Below, piece after piece: positions 27,121 through 36,443 of a stretch of DNA of 64,000 nucleotides. Numbering within the stretch: position 1 is the first letter of the stretch; each line of letters starts with the position of its first letter. A program made the translations under genes and the position numbers. The stretch covers positions 7,174 to 71,173 of the forward strand of contig VHDF01000004.1 of NCBI GenBank assembly GCA_016871495.1. Reading direction: 5' to 3'. The DNA is from Verrucomicrobiota bacterium. GTDB lineage: Bacteria; Verrucomicrobiota; Verrucomicrobiia; Limisphaerales; VHDF01. The notes beneath the pieces are model-generated. The model was not told the origin of the DNA, did not search any database, and worked only from the letters and a program-made list of their open reading frames with translations.

Positions 27121-28647
27121 ATGTTCGCCAAGGTGTGTGCGGCCGCGGTTCAGGGGATTGACGCGTACCCTGTCGAGGTCGAAGTGAATTCCGGATGGGG
27201 TGACACCAATGTGGTCATTGTGGGCCTTCCCGACGCCGCCGTGCGCGAATCGCGCGACCGCGTGGGCACCGCCTTGTCCAATTCCGGCTTCAAATTCCCC
27301 ATGGGCAAAACCACGATCAATCTGGCCCCGGCGGATATCAAAAAGGAAGGACCCAGCTTCGACTTGCCCATCGCCTTGGGACTGCTCGCCGCCAGCGGCC
27401 AGGTCGAAACGGATCTGCTGGAGGATTTCGTCATCACGGGAGAACTCGCGCTGACCGGCGCCGTGAGGCCTGTGAAAGGCGCGCTCGCCATTGCCCTGCG
27501 AGCCAAAGCCGAGGGGCGGCGCGGCATCCTGCTTCCCGCGGAGAACGCCAATGAGGCCGGTGTCGTCCGGGGCATCGAAGCCATTCCGATTCGAAATCTG
27601 CGGGAAGCCTCCGAGTTTCTTGAGGGCGCGCGCGCGCTGCCGGCTGTTCACCTCAACGCCGAACAAATGTTTGATGCGCCCCTGGAGGACGATGTGGATT
27701 TCGCGGAGGTCAAGGGGCAGGAATCGGTGAAGCGCGCCTTGGAAATCGCCGCCGCCGGCGGGCACAACGCGCTGCTGATCGGCCCTCCTGGCACGGGCAA
27801 ATCGATGCTTGCCCGCCGGCTCCCCACCATTCTCCCGCCCCTCACCCTTGATGAGGCCCTCGAAACCACCAGGATTCATAGTGTCACCGGGCTGCTGGAA
27901 GCGCACCAGGCCTTGGTCACTCGACGACCCTTTCGTTCCCCTCATCACACGGCCAGCGATGCCGGATTGTTGGGCGGCAACGCGCATCCGACCCCTGGAG
28001 AAATCTCGCTCGCCCATCATGGCGTGCTCTTCCTGGACGAACTGCCTGAGTTCAAACGAAGCGTGCTCGAAACGATGCGACAACCCCTCGAAGAAGGTCG
28101 CGTCACCATCTCTCGTGCCGCCGGTAGCGTCACGTTCCCTTCCCAATTCATGCTCGTCGCGGCCATGAATCCCTCCCCGGACGGCAAGATGCCTGGTGAA
28201 TCGCGCTGCTCGCCTCGCGAAATTCAGAATTACCTGGGACGCGTTTCCGGTCCGCTCCTGGATCGCATCGATTTGCATGTCGAAGTGCCGGCGGTTCCGT
28301 TCAAGGACATGGCCGCCGCAGCGCCGGGGGAAACTTCCGCTGCCATCCGAGCCCGCGTGATCACGGCCCGCCATCGCCAGCAGGAGCGATTCAAGAACCG
28401 GCCTCGCCTCACTTGCAACGCGCGCATGGGTGCGCGAGATCTCAAGCAATACTGCCCTCTCGACACCACCTGCCTCGATCTCTTGAAGGCGGTGATGACG
28501 GATCAGAATCTGAGCGCCCGAGCCTACGATCGTATCATCAAAGTCGCGCGCACCATCGCCGACCTAGCCGGGCAGGAAACCATCAACCCCGACCACGTCG
28601 GGGAAGCCATCGGCTTTCGATCCTTGGACCGGCAGATCTGGTCGTAA
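27121..28647 (+). CDS. comM: YifB/ComM family Mg-chelatase-like ATPase
   Basis: MFAKVCAAAVQGIDAYPVEVEVN...DLPIALGLLAASGQ (Lon-like N-domain); Walker A GPPGTGKSMLARR. Start at ATG 27121; the track's 5' extension runs through MITE A1. Confidence 0.92.
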   Translation: MFAKVCAAAVQGIDAYPVEVEVNSGWGDTNVVIVGLPDAAVRESRDRVGTALSNSGFKFPMGKTTINLAPADIKKEGPSFDLPIALGLLAASGQVETDLLEDFVITGELALTGAVRPVKGALAIALRAKAEGRRGILLPAENANEAGVVRGIEAIPIRNLREASEFLEGARALPAVHLNAEQMFDAPLEDDVDFAEVKGQESVKRALEIAAAGGHNALLIGPPGTGKSMLARRLPTILPPLTLDEALETTRIHSVTGLLEAHQALVTRRPFRSPHHTASDAGLLGGNAHPTPGEISLAHHGVLFLDELPEFKRSVLETMRQPLEEGRVTISRAAGSVTFPSQFMLVAAMNPSPDGKMPGESRCSPREIQNYLGRVSGPLLDRIDLHVEVPAVPFKDMAAAAPGETSAAIRARVITARHRQQERFKNRPRLTCNARMGARDLKQYCPLDTTCLDLLKAVMTDQNLSARAYDRIIKVARTIADLAGQETINPDHVGEAIGFRSLDRQIWS

Positions 28648-28812
28648 CGCGGACACACAGGCCTTCCCCCCCATTCGCGGCAAATTCCAACCCGTCGCCG
28701 ACGTCCAGGCTCAGACCCTCTGACCTTGAAGGGGGGGAAGGGTGGGGCGTGGAACGAAAAGGAGCCGCAATGAGGAGGTCTTGGATTTTTCGGAAGCGGC
28801 AGGAGCGAGGGA

Positions 28813-28950
28813 GTGATCCTGATCTTGATTCGTGACCGGGATTCCGTCCCTCCGTGTCTTGGTGCCTCCGTGAGAAACTTGGCCATCGGCGCGCGGGCTT
28901 CAGCCCGCTTCGACGTGGAACAACACCGAGCGCAGGGCATGAGCCGACGG
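28813..28950 (+). mobile_element. MITE family C, copy C2 (left part only)
   Basis: gtgatcctgatcttgattcgtgaccgggattccgtccctccgtgtcttggtgcctccgtgaga... is collinear with 4953-5090. The right arm is missing. Confidence 0.7.
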
Positions 28951-29067
28951 TCATCAAGCTCCGCGGCTGGCTCACCTCAACGAAACGATTCTTCCGACCT
29001 CCGGCTCATCTACCGACCAGTGGGCTCAAACTGATCCCACGCCAGGTCAGGAGTTCTGAGGATGGAT

Positions 29068-30552
29068 TCACAACGGACGCAAGATCGACTGTGGACGCAG
29101 ATAATCGAAGAAGGTTTCGGGGCTGTTGACGCCTCCACCCATGCCGCTCAGGTTGCAGCCGCCATACGGCACGCCGTGCGGAAACAAGTTGTGGGCGTTA
29201 ATCCAGCTGTTCCCCGCCACCATCGCTTCGGCGACGCGATTGGCGCGCTCCAAGTTTCGGCTCCAGACACTGTTGGCCAATCCGTAATGGGACCGGTTCA
29301 CGATTTCGACCGCCTCCTGCTCGTCGCGAAAACGAACGAGATACGCGACCGGACCGAAGATCTCCTCCCGGCACGCCACGTTGTCCGGCGAGCCGGTCAG
29401 GAGAGCGGGAGAGACGTAAAACCCTTTTTCATGGCCGGCCACGGTGGCGACTCCGCCTCGCAGAAGACACTGGGCTCCTTCCTTTTCACCCTTTTCCAGA
29501 TAACCCAGCACTCGATCCCGCTGCTTGGCGCTCACGACGGGACCCATCTGAGTCTCCGCGTCCCATTCATGGCCGATGCGGGTGGACCGCAAAGCTTTGG
29601 CTGCCCCGTCCGCCAGCGCGTCGAATATCTTTTCATGCACCAGCCACCGTGTGGCTGTGCAACAGACCTGGCCCGCGTTTAAGGTGATGGCGCCCGCGAG
29701 AGCTTTCGCGGTGGCTTCCACGTCGACGTCGTCAAACACCACCGCAGCCCCCTTGCCTCCCAGTTCCAGTTTCGCGGGAATCAAATTGCGTCCGGCGGCC
29801 TCGCCTACCAGGCGCCCCACTTCAGGCGAACCGGTAAAGGACATGCGCCGGAGCCCCGGATGCCTTGCCAGAGCCGCGCCCGCCGTTTCCCCCAATCCCG
29901 TCACAACATTGACCACACCTTTGGGAATGCCTACCTCCTCGGCCAACTTGGCAAAATACAGGGTCGAAAGCGGCGTGTCCTCGGCTGGTTTGATCACAAC
30001 CGTGTTTCCCGCGGCCAGCGCCGGTGCGATCCCCCACCCCACCAACAGCAAGGGAAAATTCCAGGGAAAAATGAATCCGCATGGACCGTAGGGTACTCGT
30101 ATGGATCGGGCCTCGAATCCGGAAACCGCAATGGGTTCCCGGCGACGCGCGTGGACGGAGAGATCGGCAAAATACCGCAACGTCGCGGAAACATTGGGGA
30201 TGTCTCCCTGCAGCGCCGCCCCGAACGGTTTCCCGACGTCCCAGGACTCGATCTGGGCGAGAACGGGCCGGCGCTGGTCCACCAAGTCGGCGAGCCGGTG
30301 CAGGAAAACCGCGCGTTCGTTGGCCGGCAATCCAGCCCAGCCACTCGCTCGAAAGGCATCCTGGGCGGACCGGACCGCTCGATCCACTTCTCGCTCGCCC
30401 CCGGCGGCGACGCGAGCGATCGGCTTGTCATCGCCGGGATCACGCGTCTCGAATGTTGCGCCACCCTCGGCCTCCACCCATTGTCCGCCGATGAACATGC
30501 GCAGGGGTTGATGCGAGAGGAATTCTGAGACTTCAGGAAGCATGGAGGTCAT
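29068..30552 (-). CDS. NAD(P)-dependent aldehyde dehydrogenase
   Basis: 494 aa. ELGGKGAAVVFDD and FTGSPEVGR motifs plus the catalytic-Cys region NAGQVCCTATR. Confidence 0.92.
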   Translation of the reverse strand: MTSMLPEVSEFLSHQPLRMFIGGQWVEAEGGATFETRDPGDDKPIARVAAGGEREVDRAVRSAQDAFRASGWAGLPANERAVFLHRLADLVDQRRPVLAQIESWDVGKPFGAALQGDIPNVSATLRYFADLSVHARRREPIAVSGFEARSIRVPYGPCGFIFPWNFPLLLVGWGIAPALAAGNTVVIKPAEDTPLSTLYFAKLAEEVGIPKGVVNVVTGLGETAGAALARHPGLRRMSFTGSPEVGRLVGEAAGRNLIPAKLELGGKGAAVVFDDVDVEATAKALAGAITLNAGQVCCTATRWLVHEKIFDALADGAAKALRSTRIGHEWDAETQMGPVVSAKQRDRVLGYLEKGEKEGAQCLLRGGVATVAGHEKGFYVSPALLTGSPDNVACREEIFGPVAYLVRFRDEQEAVEIVNRSHYGLANSVWSRNLERANRVAEAMVAGNSWINAHNLFPHGVPYGGCNLSGMGGGVNSPETFFDYLRPQSILRPL

Positions 30553-30640
30553 AGCAAAAACGGTTCGGGGTTAGGGCGACCACTCTCGACCCGATCTCCA
30601 CGAAAGGCAACGAAAAGCCTCGATCGCCGACCTTGGCCGG

Positions 30641-30769
30641 TTCATCCCGATGTTGCCGGTGATGCAGGTAGGGCGCGTCCGTCCCGGCGCGCCGCCGGAG
30701 CATGATGTTTTGCATCCAGCGGGCGGCGGGCTGGGACAGGCCCGCCCTACCAACAACATTGGGATACAC
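30641..30769 (+). mobile_element. MITE family A, copy A2
   Basis: Same 130-bp consensus. Flanked by the 19-nt direct repeat gaccttggccggttcatcc (30629-30647 / 30772-30790); the second copy doubles as the left end of B4. Confidence 0.9.
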
Positions 30770-30782
30770 GGGACCTTGGCCG

Positions 30783-30941
30783 GTTCATCCAGAGGTTGTC
30801 GGTGACCGGGTTGTCGTGGTCACGCAGACAGCCCTGTCTGCTGTGGTGCAGGCGGCCCAGCCTGCGGGGCGACGAAGTGAACCCGGCGCGTGGAGATCAT
30901 GGAAGGGCCTCGTTCTTCACCCGCCGGGCCGATGGGCCGAC
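30783..30941 (+). mobile_element. MITE family B, copy B4 (left arm plus centre, right arm lost)
   Basis: gttcatccagaggttgtcggtgaccgggttgtcgtggtcacgcagacagccctgtctgc... is collinear with B3 up to cacccgccgggccga. Confidence 0.8.
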
Positions 30942-31099
30942 GCGCACCGTTCAACCCGCCCCGCGTGTAGGCCTTGGCCCTGGCAACACCCATGTCCTTG
31001 CACCTGCCATGCCCCTGCGAAGACATATCCGAAACGGCGTGAACGCCGCGGTCCGAACGGCATCCTGCGAACGCGCCGGATCCACCGGGCCGGCCGGCG

Positions 31100-32209
31100 T
31101 CAGAGGCCTTCCACAAATTTCTGCATGGCCTCTTCCTGCCTCTCGATCGAATCCACCAGTTTAAATTGGGTGCGCGCTCGATCCAGATTGTGATTCGGCC
31201 GATGAACGCGGAAATACGTGTCTCCTTTGAGGTAATCCGTAAGAAACCTCAACCCGATGGTGAACGTGATCAGCTTTCCCGAGAAGGCAACGAGGGCTTT
31301 CTCCGGTTTGGTCAAGAAACCCGCGGTCTTCTCGATGTACCCCTTGGCCAAGGCCCGAAACATGGGCATGCGCATTTGCACTTTGTCGAGATCCTGCTCG
31401 TCTTCGAGCGTCGGACTCGTCGTCGTCCGCACCATGTCGCCGAAATCGTAAAGCGCGCACCCCGGCATGACCGTGTCGAGATCGACCACGCACATCGCCT
31501 CGCCGCTGACGGTTTCGAGCATGACGTTGTTGAACTTGGTGTCATTATGGGTGATTCGCTCGGGAATCCGTCCCTTCGCAAGCCCCTGGACAATGACGGA
31601 AACGATTTTTTCCCGCTCCAAGGCGAAAGCGATCTCCTTCTGAGCGGTGCTGGCTCGATTGACCCGGTCTTCGGTAACCGCCTTTTGCAGCGCCTGGAAT
31701 CGTTTGGGAGTGTGGTGAAAATCAGGAATGGTTTCGTTCAGTCGTTTTCCCGGCAGATCCACGAGCTGCGCCTGAAAAGTGCCAAAGGCACAACCCGCCT
31801 GATAAGCCTGGGAGGACGTTTCCACCGCTTCGAAAGTTTTCACGCGTTCGACGAACACAAACGTGCGCCAGCAATCGCCCTGGGCCGATCTGTAATAGGG
31901 TTTCCCGTCGCGAGTGGGAACCAGTGTCAGCACCCGTCGCGTGATGTCCTTGGCTTTTGAGGATTCAAGCTTGGCGCGAATGTGCCCGGTCACCCGCATC
32001 AGGTTGTCCGTCAATCCATCGGGATCCTTGAAGACTGTCGTGTTGATTTTCTGGTGGATGTAACGCACTTGCACTCCGCCTTGCCCGTAGGTGGCGGTGT
32101 AGGTCTCGTTGATGTGCCCAATCTTGCAAGGCTCGGCGTGAAGAATCTCGCCGTAAATCTGGAATTGCCTCGAAATCTCCTGGATCTGCGCTTCTTGATA
32201 CAGAGACAT
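31100..32209 (-). CDS. aminoglycoside-phosphotransferase-fold kinase, N-acetylhexosamine 1-kinase (NahK)-like
   Basis: 369 aa. EPCKIGHINETYTATY...RYIHQKINTTVFKDPDGLTDNLMRVTGHI parallels the N-terminus of NahK-type kinases; HNDTKFNNVM catalytic loop. Confidence 0.7.
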   Translation of the reverse strand: MSLYQEAQIQEISRQFQIYGEILHAEPCKIGHINETYTATYGQGGVQVRYIHQKINTTVFKDPDGLTDNLMRVTGHIRAKLESSKAKDITRRVLTLVPTRDGKPYYRSAQGDCWRTFVFVERVKTFEAVETSSQAYQAGCAFGTFQAQLVDLPGKRLNETIPDFHHTPKRFQALQKAVTEDRVNRASTAQKEIAFALEREKIVSVIVQGLAKGRIPERITHNDTKFNNVMLETVSGEAMCVVDLDTVMPGCALYDFGDMVRTTTSPTLEDEQDLDKVQMRMPMFRALAKGYIEKTAGFLTKPEKALVAFSGKLITFTIGLRFLTDYLKGDTYFRVHRPNHNLDRARTQFKLVDSIERQEEAMQKFVEGL

Positions 32210-32212
32210 AAA

Positions 32213-33541
32213 TCACGGCTGGCCGACGCAATAAATCTTCTGCAATGTCCGAATAAACAGCTTCCCGTGCGCCGCAATGATCGATGCCCGGGATTCGTTT
32301 TCGCCTGGGTCACCCATGGGGACGGTGGCTAGAATGGATCCTTTCTCGGCGTCCACCACCGTCACTTCACTCGCAAAATTCATGATGTAGATCTTGCCGT
32401 CGGCGGCCAGGGGCGAGGCCTCGTATTTCGACCGTCCCGGCGTTTCCAACGTCCATTTGATTTTCCCGGTCGCCGGCTCCACGCGACTCAGGCTGCGGCG
32501 CTGGTCCCCCAGGATGATGAAATCGCCGCCGTAAAACGCCGGCGTGGGCACGTCACTGCTCAGTGTGCGCTGCTCGGCGCTGGTCCAAGCCAGCCCGGAA
32601 TCTGGAACCGCGCCGTGAGCTCCCGCTTTCACGGCGTAGATGGGAGAACCCTTGGGGGCACACGCCAGGATGACGCCGGCCCCGGCGATCGGCGAAGGGA
32701 CGAGCCGCCAGTGACCAATCTTGGTCGGATTCCAAGTGCCCCATCGCCACAACTCCTTGCCCGTCTCCGGATCGTGGCCCGAAACACAATCACCCCCCGT
32801 AATGAGCAGTTCCTTCCGGCCTTGGTACGTCCAGGGCATCGGGGTGGAGAAAGACTCCAAGGACTCCGCGACGGCCTCGCTGGGTCGAACATGTCTCCAA
32901 AGCGTCTTTCCCGTTTGAGGATCCAGAGCGAGCAGGAACGATTCGGCTCCCGGCTTCCCCTTGCCATGAACGGGTTGATTGCGTTGCAAAACCTGCTGAT
33001 AAATTTTGCCACCGCTGATCACAGGGGAACTGGAAAAGGTCCATTGAAACGCGAAATCGCCATAGTCAGCCTGGAGGTTGCGCCGCCAATACTCCTCCCC
33101 CTGAAGTCCGAAACAGACCATCTCGCCATTGCCGAAGAAAAAGACCACCCGTTCACCGTCCGTGGCGGGCGAAGGCGACGCGAAATTGCTGCGTTCGTCC
33201 CGGGAATATCCATCAATCACCTTCTTGGACCAGCGCTCCTTCCCGGTCTTGCGATCCAAGGCCATGGCTCGCAACTCGCGCGCGTTCTTGTCGGCCGTGG
33301 TCACGAACAAGGTGTCCCCCCACACCACCGGCGTGGAAGCCGAGGGTCCGGGCAAGACGGCGGTCCAGACCACGTTCTCGGTCTTCGAGAATTGACTTGG
33401 CAATCCCTTTTCGGAGGTGGAACCGTTGAATTCGGGTCCTCGCCATTGCGGCCAGTTTGCCGCGGCGGCGGCGGTGGACACGGCGAGCGCGCCGCAGAGG
33501 GCCGCGCTTCTTTTCAAAATGCTTTGTGTAGAAAGGCCCAT
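32213..33541 (-). CDS. PQQ-like beta-propeller repeat protein (secreted)
   Basis: 442 aa. Signal peptide; the NWPQWRGPEFNGS opening typical of this family. Only 3 nt upstream of the kinase gene. Confidence 0.85.
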   Translation of the reverse strand: MGLSTQSILKRSAALCGALAVSTAAAAANWPQWRGPEFNGSTSEKGLPSQFSKTENVVWTAVLPGPSASTPVVWGDTLFVTTADKNARELRAMALDRKTGKERWSKKVIDGYSRDERSNFASPSPATDGERVVFFFGNGEMVCFGLQGEEYWRRNLQADYGDFAFQWTFSSSPVISGGKIYQQVLQRNQPVHGKGKPGAESFLLALDPQTGKTLWRHVRPSEAVAESLESFSTPMPWTYQGRKELLITGGDCVSGHDPETGKELWRWGTWNPTKIGHWRLVPSPIAGAGVILACAPKGSPIYAVKAGAHGAVPDSGLAWTSAEQRTLSSDVPTPAFYGGDFIILGDQRRSLSRVEPATGKIKWTLETPGRSKYEASPLAADGKIYIMNFASEVTVVDAEKGSILATVPMGDPGENESRASIIAAHGKLFIRTLQKIYCVGQP

Positions 33542-33626
33542 AACGATCGGCTGGGGTGTTGTGCGTCGATCCTAAGCAAATCCTTGGCGGCCCGAAAATC
33601 AAAAAGAACGCGCGAGATCCGTTCCG

Positions 33627-33756
33627 GCGCATCCCGATGTTGCCGGTGATGCAGGTAGGGCGCGTCCGTCCCGGCGCGCCGCCGGAGCATGATTTTTTGC
33701 ATCCAGTGGGCGGCGGGCTGGGACAGGCCCGCCCTACCAACAACATCGGGATACAC
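33627..33756 (+). mobile_element. MITE family A, copy A3
   Basis: Flanked by gatccgttc at 33616-33624 and 33759-33767. Confidence 0.9.
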
Positions 33757-33765
33757 GGGATCCGT

Positions 33766-34341
33766 TCACCGCAGGACGACGCCCATCCCCGGAGCTTCGA
33801 CATATTCTGCCTCATGGCCTTCAGACTGTTCGCCGTTCTTCAGACACCGCGCTTTGAGGTGAATTCGTCCGTCAGGCAAGAATTCCATCACGGTTCGCAC
33901 CTCGGTAATGCCCCGAGGATGGCCCATGACCTCTTCCGTCGTCATGATCTTGTCCTTCGCCATGACCAGGACTCCACGCGCGAAAAACCCCGCCGTGGTG
34001 AAGTAGTACGATTCCAACCGCAGGGTCTTGACGTTCCAGACAATCGTGGTTTCTCCACCATACTCGCCTTGGTTGACCGAATGCACCACCCGGATCGCAT
34101 GACCGTTGAGGATGCGTTCCCAGCGCACGACATCGACGATCGGCTTTTCGCCGGGTCCGCCCTTGAATTCGCCTCGCCACGTCTTGCCGACCAAACGTTT
34201 CAGCGGATCCAGAGGGGGGGCCAAACTTCGTTCCGGCTCAGCCGCAGCCAGATCGCTGAAGCCGCAAAAAAGAATGACCAGCAGAATCGCCGGTCGTGGG
34301 GAATAGCCGGCGAAGGCACCTCGAATGAAGAAAAAGTTCAT
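33766..34341 (-). CDS. secreted hypothetical protein
   Basis: Start at ATG 34341 (MNFFFIRGAFAGYSPRPAILLVILFCGFSDLAAAEP signal). 191 aa. No family recognised. Confidence 0.65.
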   Translation of the reverse strand: MNFFFIRGAFAGYSPRPAILLVILFCGFSDLAAAEPERSLAPPLDPLKRLVGKTWRGEFKGGPGEKPIVDVVRWERILNGHAIRVVHSVNQGEYGGETTIVWNVKTLRLESYYFTTAGFFARGVLVMAKDKIMTTEEVMGHPRGITEVRTVMEFLPDGRIHLKARCLKNGEQSEGHEAEYVEAPGMGVVLR

Positions 34342-34862
34342 GGCGAATTCCGCGGCACTCAAATGATCAGGTCCAGGCGACGACCACAAGACATCCACCG
34401 CATGCCCGGCAGTGTAGCCCCGCCCTGCCCTTTGCCAAGCCACAGTCCCGAGGAGAAAGGCCTGAAGAAGGCCGTCCGCTTTGATCATCCCAGCGAACTG
34501 TCGCGGAGAGCTTTTGTGTACCCCAGTCCCAAGTGGTTTTGGGGAAACGCCTCAATCCACGGGTAACACGCAGCAAGGCATGTCTGGACGACGCCTGGAG
34601 GTGCGATGGACAGGTTCGCATCATCGACATTCCATCGATCACGCCCACGACGGCGGGCCGTTCTAAATCCGCGCTTCTTTCAGCCGCGCGAACCCCCTTT
34701 CGCGACCCCGTCGGAATTCTTACGCGCGGATTTAGGGAAACGAAGGAAACCTTGACAAGATCGTACTCCCTATTTCTGGCCAGGAATCCCCACTCCCCGC
34801 CAAACCCATGCCCAACCAGGGCATGGAGTCCATTGGGGGGGCGGCCCAAACCTGCATTTCTT

Positions 34863-35921
34863 ATGAACATGAAACGAAAGATCCTCGTTCTGACCTTGGC
34901 TGCTTTGATCGCTGACACCCGTTGCCGCTTGGCTGCAGAAGACGTGGTATCGATTCAAACGGGCTCTCATGTGGTGGGAACGGGCGACAAGGCGTGGCAT
35001 TACTTGATCCTCGAAGGCGAGGATTACAACAGCAAGCTCGGGGAAAACCTGGCGGCGGGATTTACCCGGGTGGACAACAGCGCCGGGAGAACCAACGCCC
35101 TGGGCAACCCCGTGCTCGGCAAAGACACGACGGCTTCCAAGAAAGGCGCGCTCTTTACCCAGACAACCTTTGGCCAGCACACGGACAAGGTGACCTACAA
35201 GGTGCAATTTGCGAAGGCCGGGACGTATTACCTCTACATGCGGTTTACGTTGTTCGAGAACGGAGGGAACCCGGCGAATTACTTGAACGAAGACTCGTTC
35301 TATGTCCCGCCGGATTTTGGGAAAGATCCCCAGACGGACTGGCCGTTAAGCGACCGTGGAGGTTATACCGAGGGGTGTTGTGACGGCGGCTTCTTGACGA
35401 TCCGCGAGAAAGGATTGGATCCCGTGACCCGGAACGCGGGAGACGACGCGGGGCGGGCGTATTGGGAGGGCAATTTTCATTGGAACGAACTCTCCTCGAG
35501 CCAGTTCTTGAACGCGGAAACCCAGGGTCAACCCCGTCTGCGCTTCCGCTATGAAGTCAAGGCGGACCAGGTGGGCAAGCCTTTGGATTTTACGATCTCT
35601 TATCGCGAAGGCGGGGTGACGGTGGATCTCTTCCTGTTCAGCACCAATCCCGATCTCATGAGCCAATTCACTCATGGGGAACTCGATCAGACCCTTTTAG
35701 GAGGCGTGGCCGCTCCAAGTCTGGTGGCGGCAAAATCCGGGAACAACGTCCGAATACTATGGCCGGGGTCCACCCAAGGATATGTGCTGGAATCCTCGTC
35801 CGCCGTCGCAGGGGCACCTTGGACCGCGGTGACTACCGTTCCTCAAACGTCGGGTGATCAGCAAGTGGTGACTGTGGATGGCTCGAGTGGAGTGAGATTC
35901 TACCGGCTCCGGAAGCCTTGA
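34863..35921 (+). CDS. secreted hypothetical protein with CBM-like N-domain and C-terminal RFYR-ending module
   Basis: Start at ATG 34863 (MNMKRKILVLTLAALIA signal). Has an EGEDY segment and a GTYYLYMRF segment. The tail is ...VRILWPGSTQGYVLESSS...WTAV...VRFYRLRKP. Confidence 0.75.
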   Translation: MNMKRKILVLTLAALIADTRCRLAAEDVVSIQTGSHVVGTGDKAWHYLILEGEDYNSKLGENLAAGFTRVDNSAGRTNALGNPVLGKDTTASKKGALFTQTTFGQHTDKVTYKVQFAKAGTYYLYMRFTLFENGGNPANYLNEDSFYVPPDFGKDPQTDWPLSDRGGYTEGCCDGGFLTIREKGLDPVTRNAGDDAGRAYWEGNFHWNELSSSQFLNAETQGQPRLRFRYEVKADQVGKPLDFTISYREGGVTVDLFLFSTNPDLMSQFTHGELDQTLLGGVAAPSLVAAKSGNNVRILWPGSTQGYVLESSSAVAGAPWTAVTTVPQTSGDQQVVTVDGSSGVRFYRLRKP

Positions 35922-36073
35922 GGAGAAGGAAAGGACCGGGATCGAGATGTTGACTTGAGGCGGAGACCACTGTGAGGCGCCCGAAGAAGCCGTGGGCTCG
36001 ACGATCAAGAGTATCTCTGACCCTCCGGAGTTCTGACCACGGAAAACCGACTTGTTGAATCGGCACCGGTCCC

Positions 36074-36203
36074 GTGTATCCCGATGTTGGTGGTAGGGCG
36101 GGCCTGTCCCAGCCCGCCGCCCGCTGGATGCAAAACATCATGCTCCGGCGGCGCGCCGGGACGGACGCGCCCTACCTGCATCACCGGCAACATCGGGATG
36201 CAC
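36074..36203 (-). mobile_element. MITE family A, copy A4 (inverted orientation)
   Basis: Flanked by cggcaccggtc at 36061-36071 and 36204-36214. Confidence 0.9.
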
Positions 36204-36443
36204 CGGCACCGGTCTCCGCTCAATTTTCCACCTTGCCAGGCGAACCGGAGACGCTACTCTCCCGTCCGCCTGGAAGCCGTGAGTGCGGTTTTCAATGAGG
36301 CTGAGAAAAGTCGTTCAACCAACAACCTAACCTCAACCCTCCGTTGCCTACGCAACGTTTGGTCCCGTTAGGGCAATGGAGTCTTCAAAGGGACCCTCGT
36401 CCCCCCAAAGCCTCCCGTCGTTACCGTTCATCATCATTCCGTT

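Noticed and set aside
28662-28741. 11-bp inverted repeat ccttccccccc ... gggggggaagg downstream of comM
   Set aside because: It is a homopolymer-based complementarity with a ~58-nt loop and no T-tract. It is possibly a weak terminator or chance, and I could not support it further.
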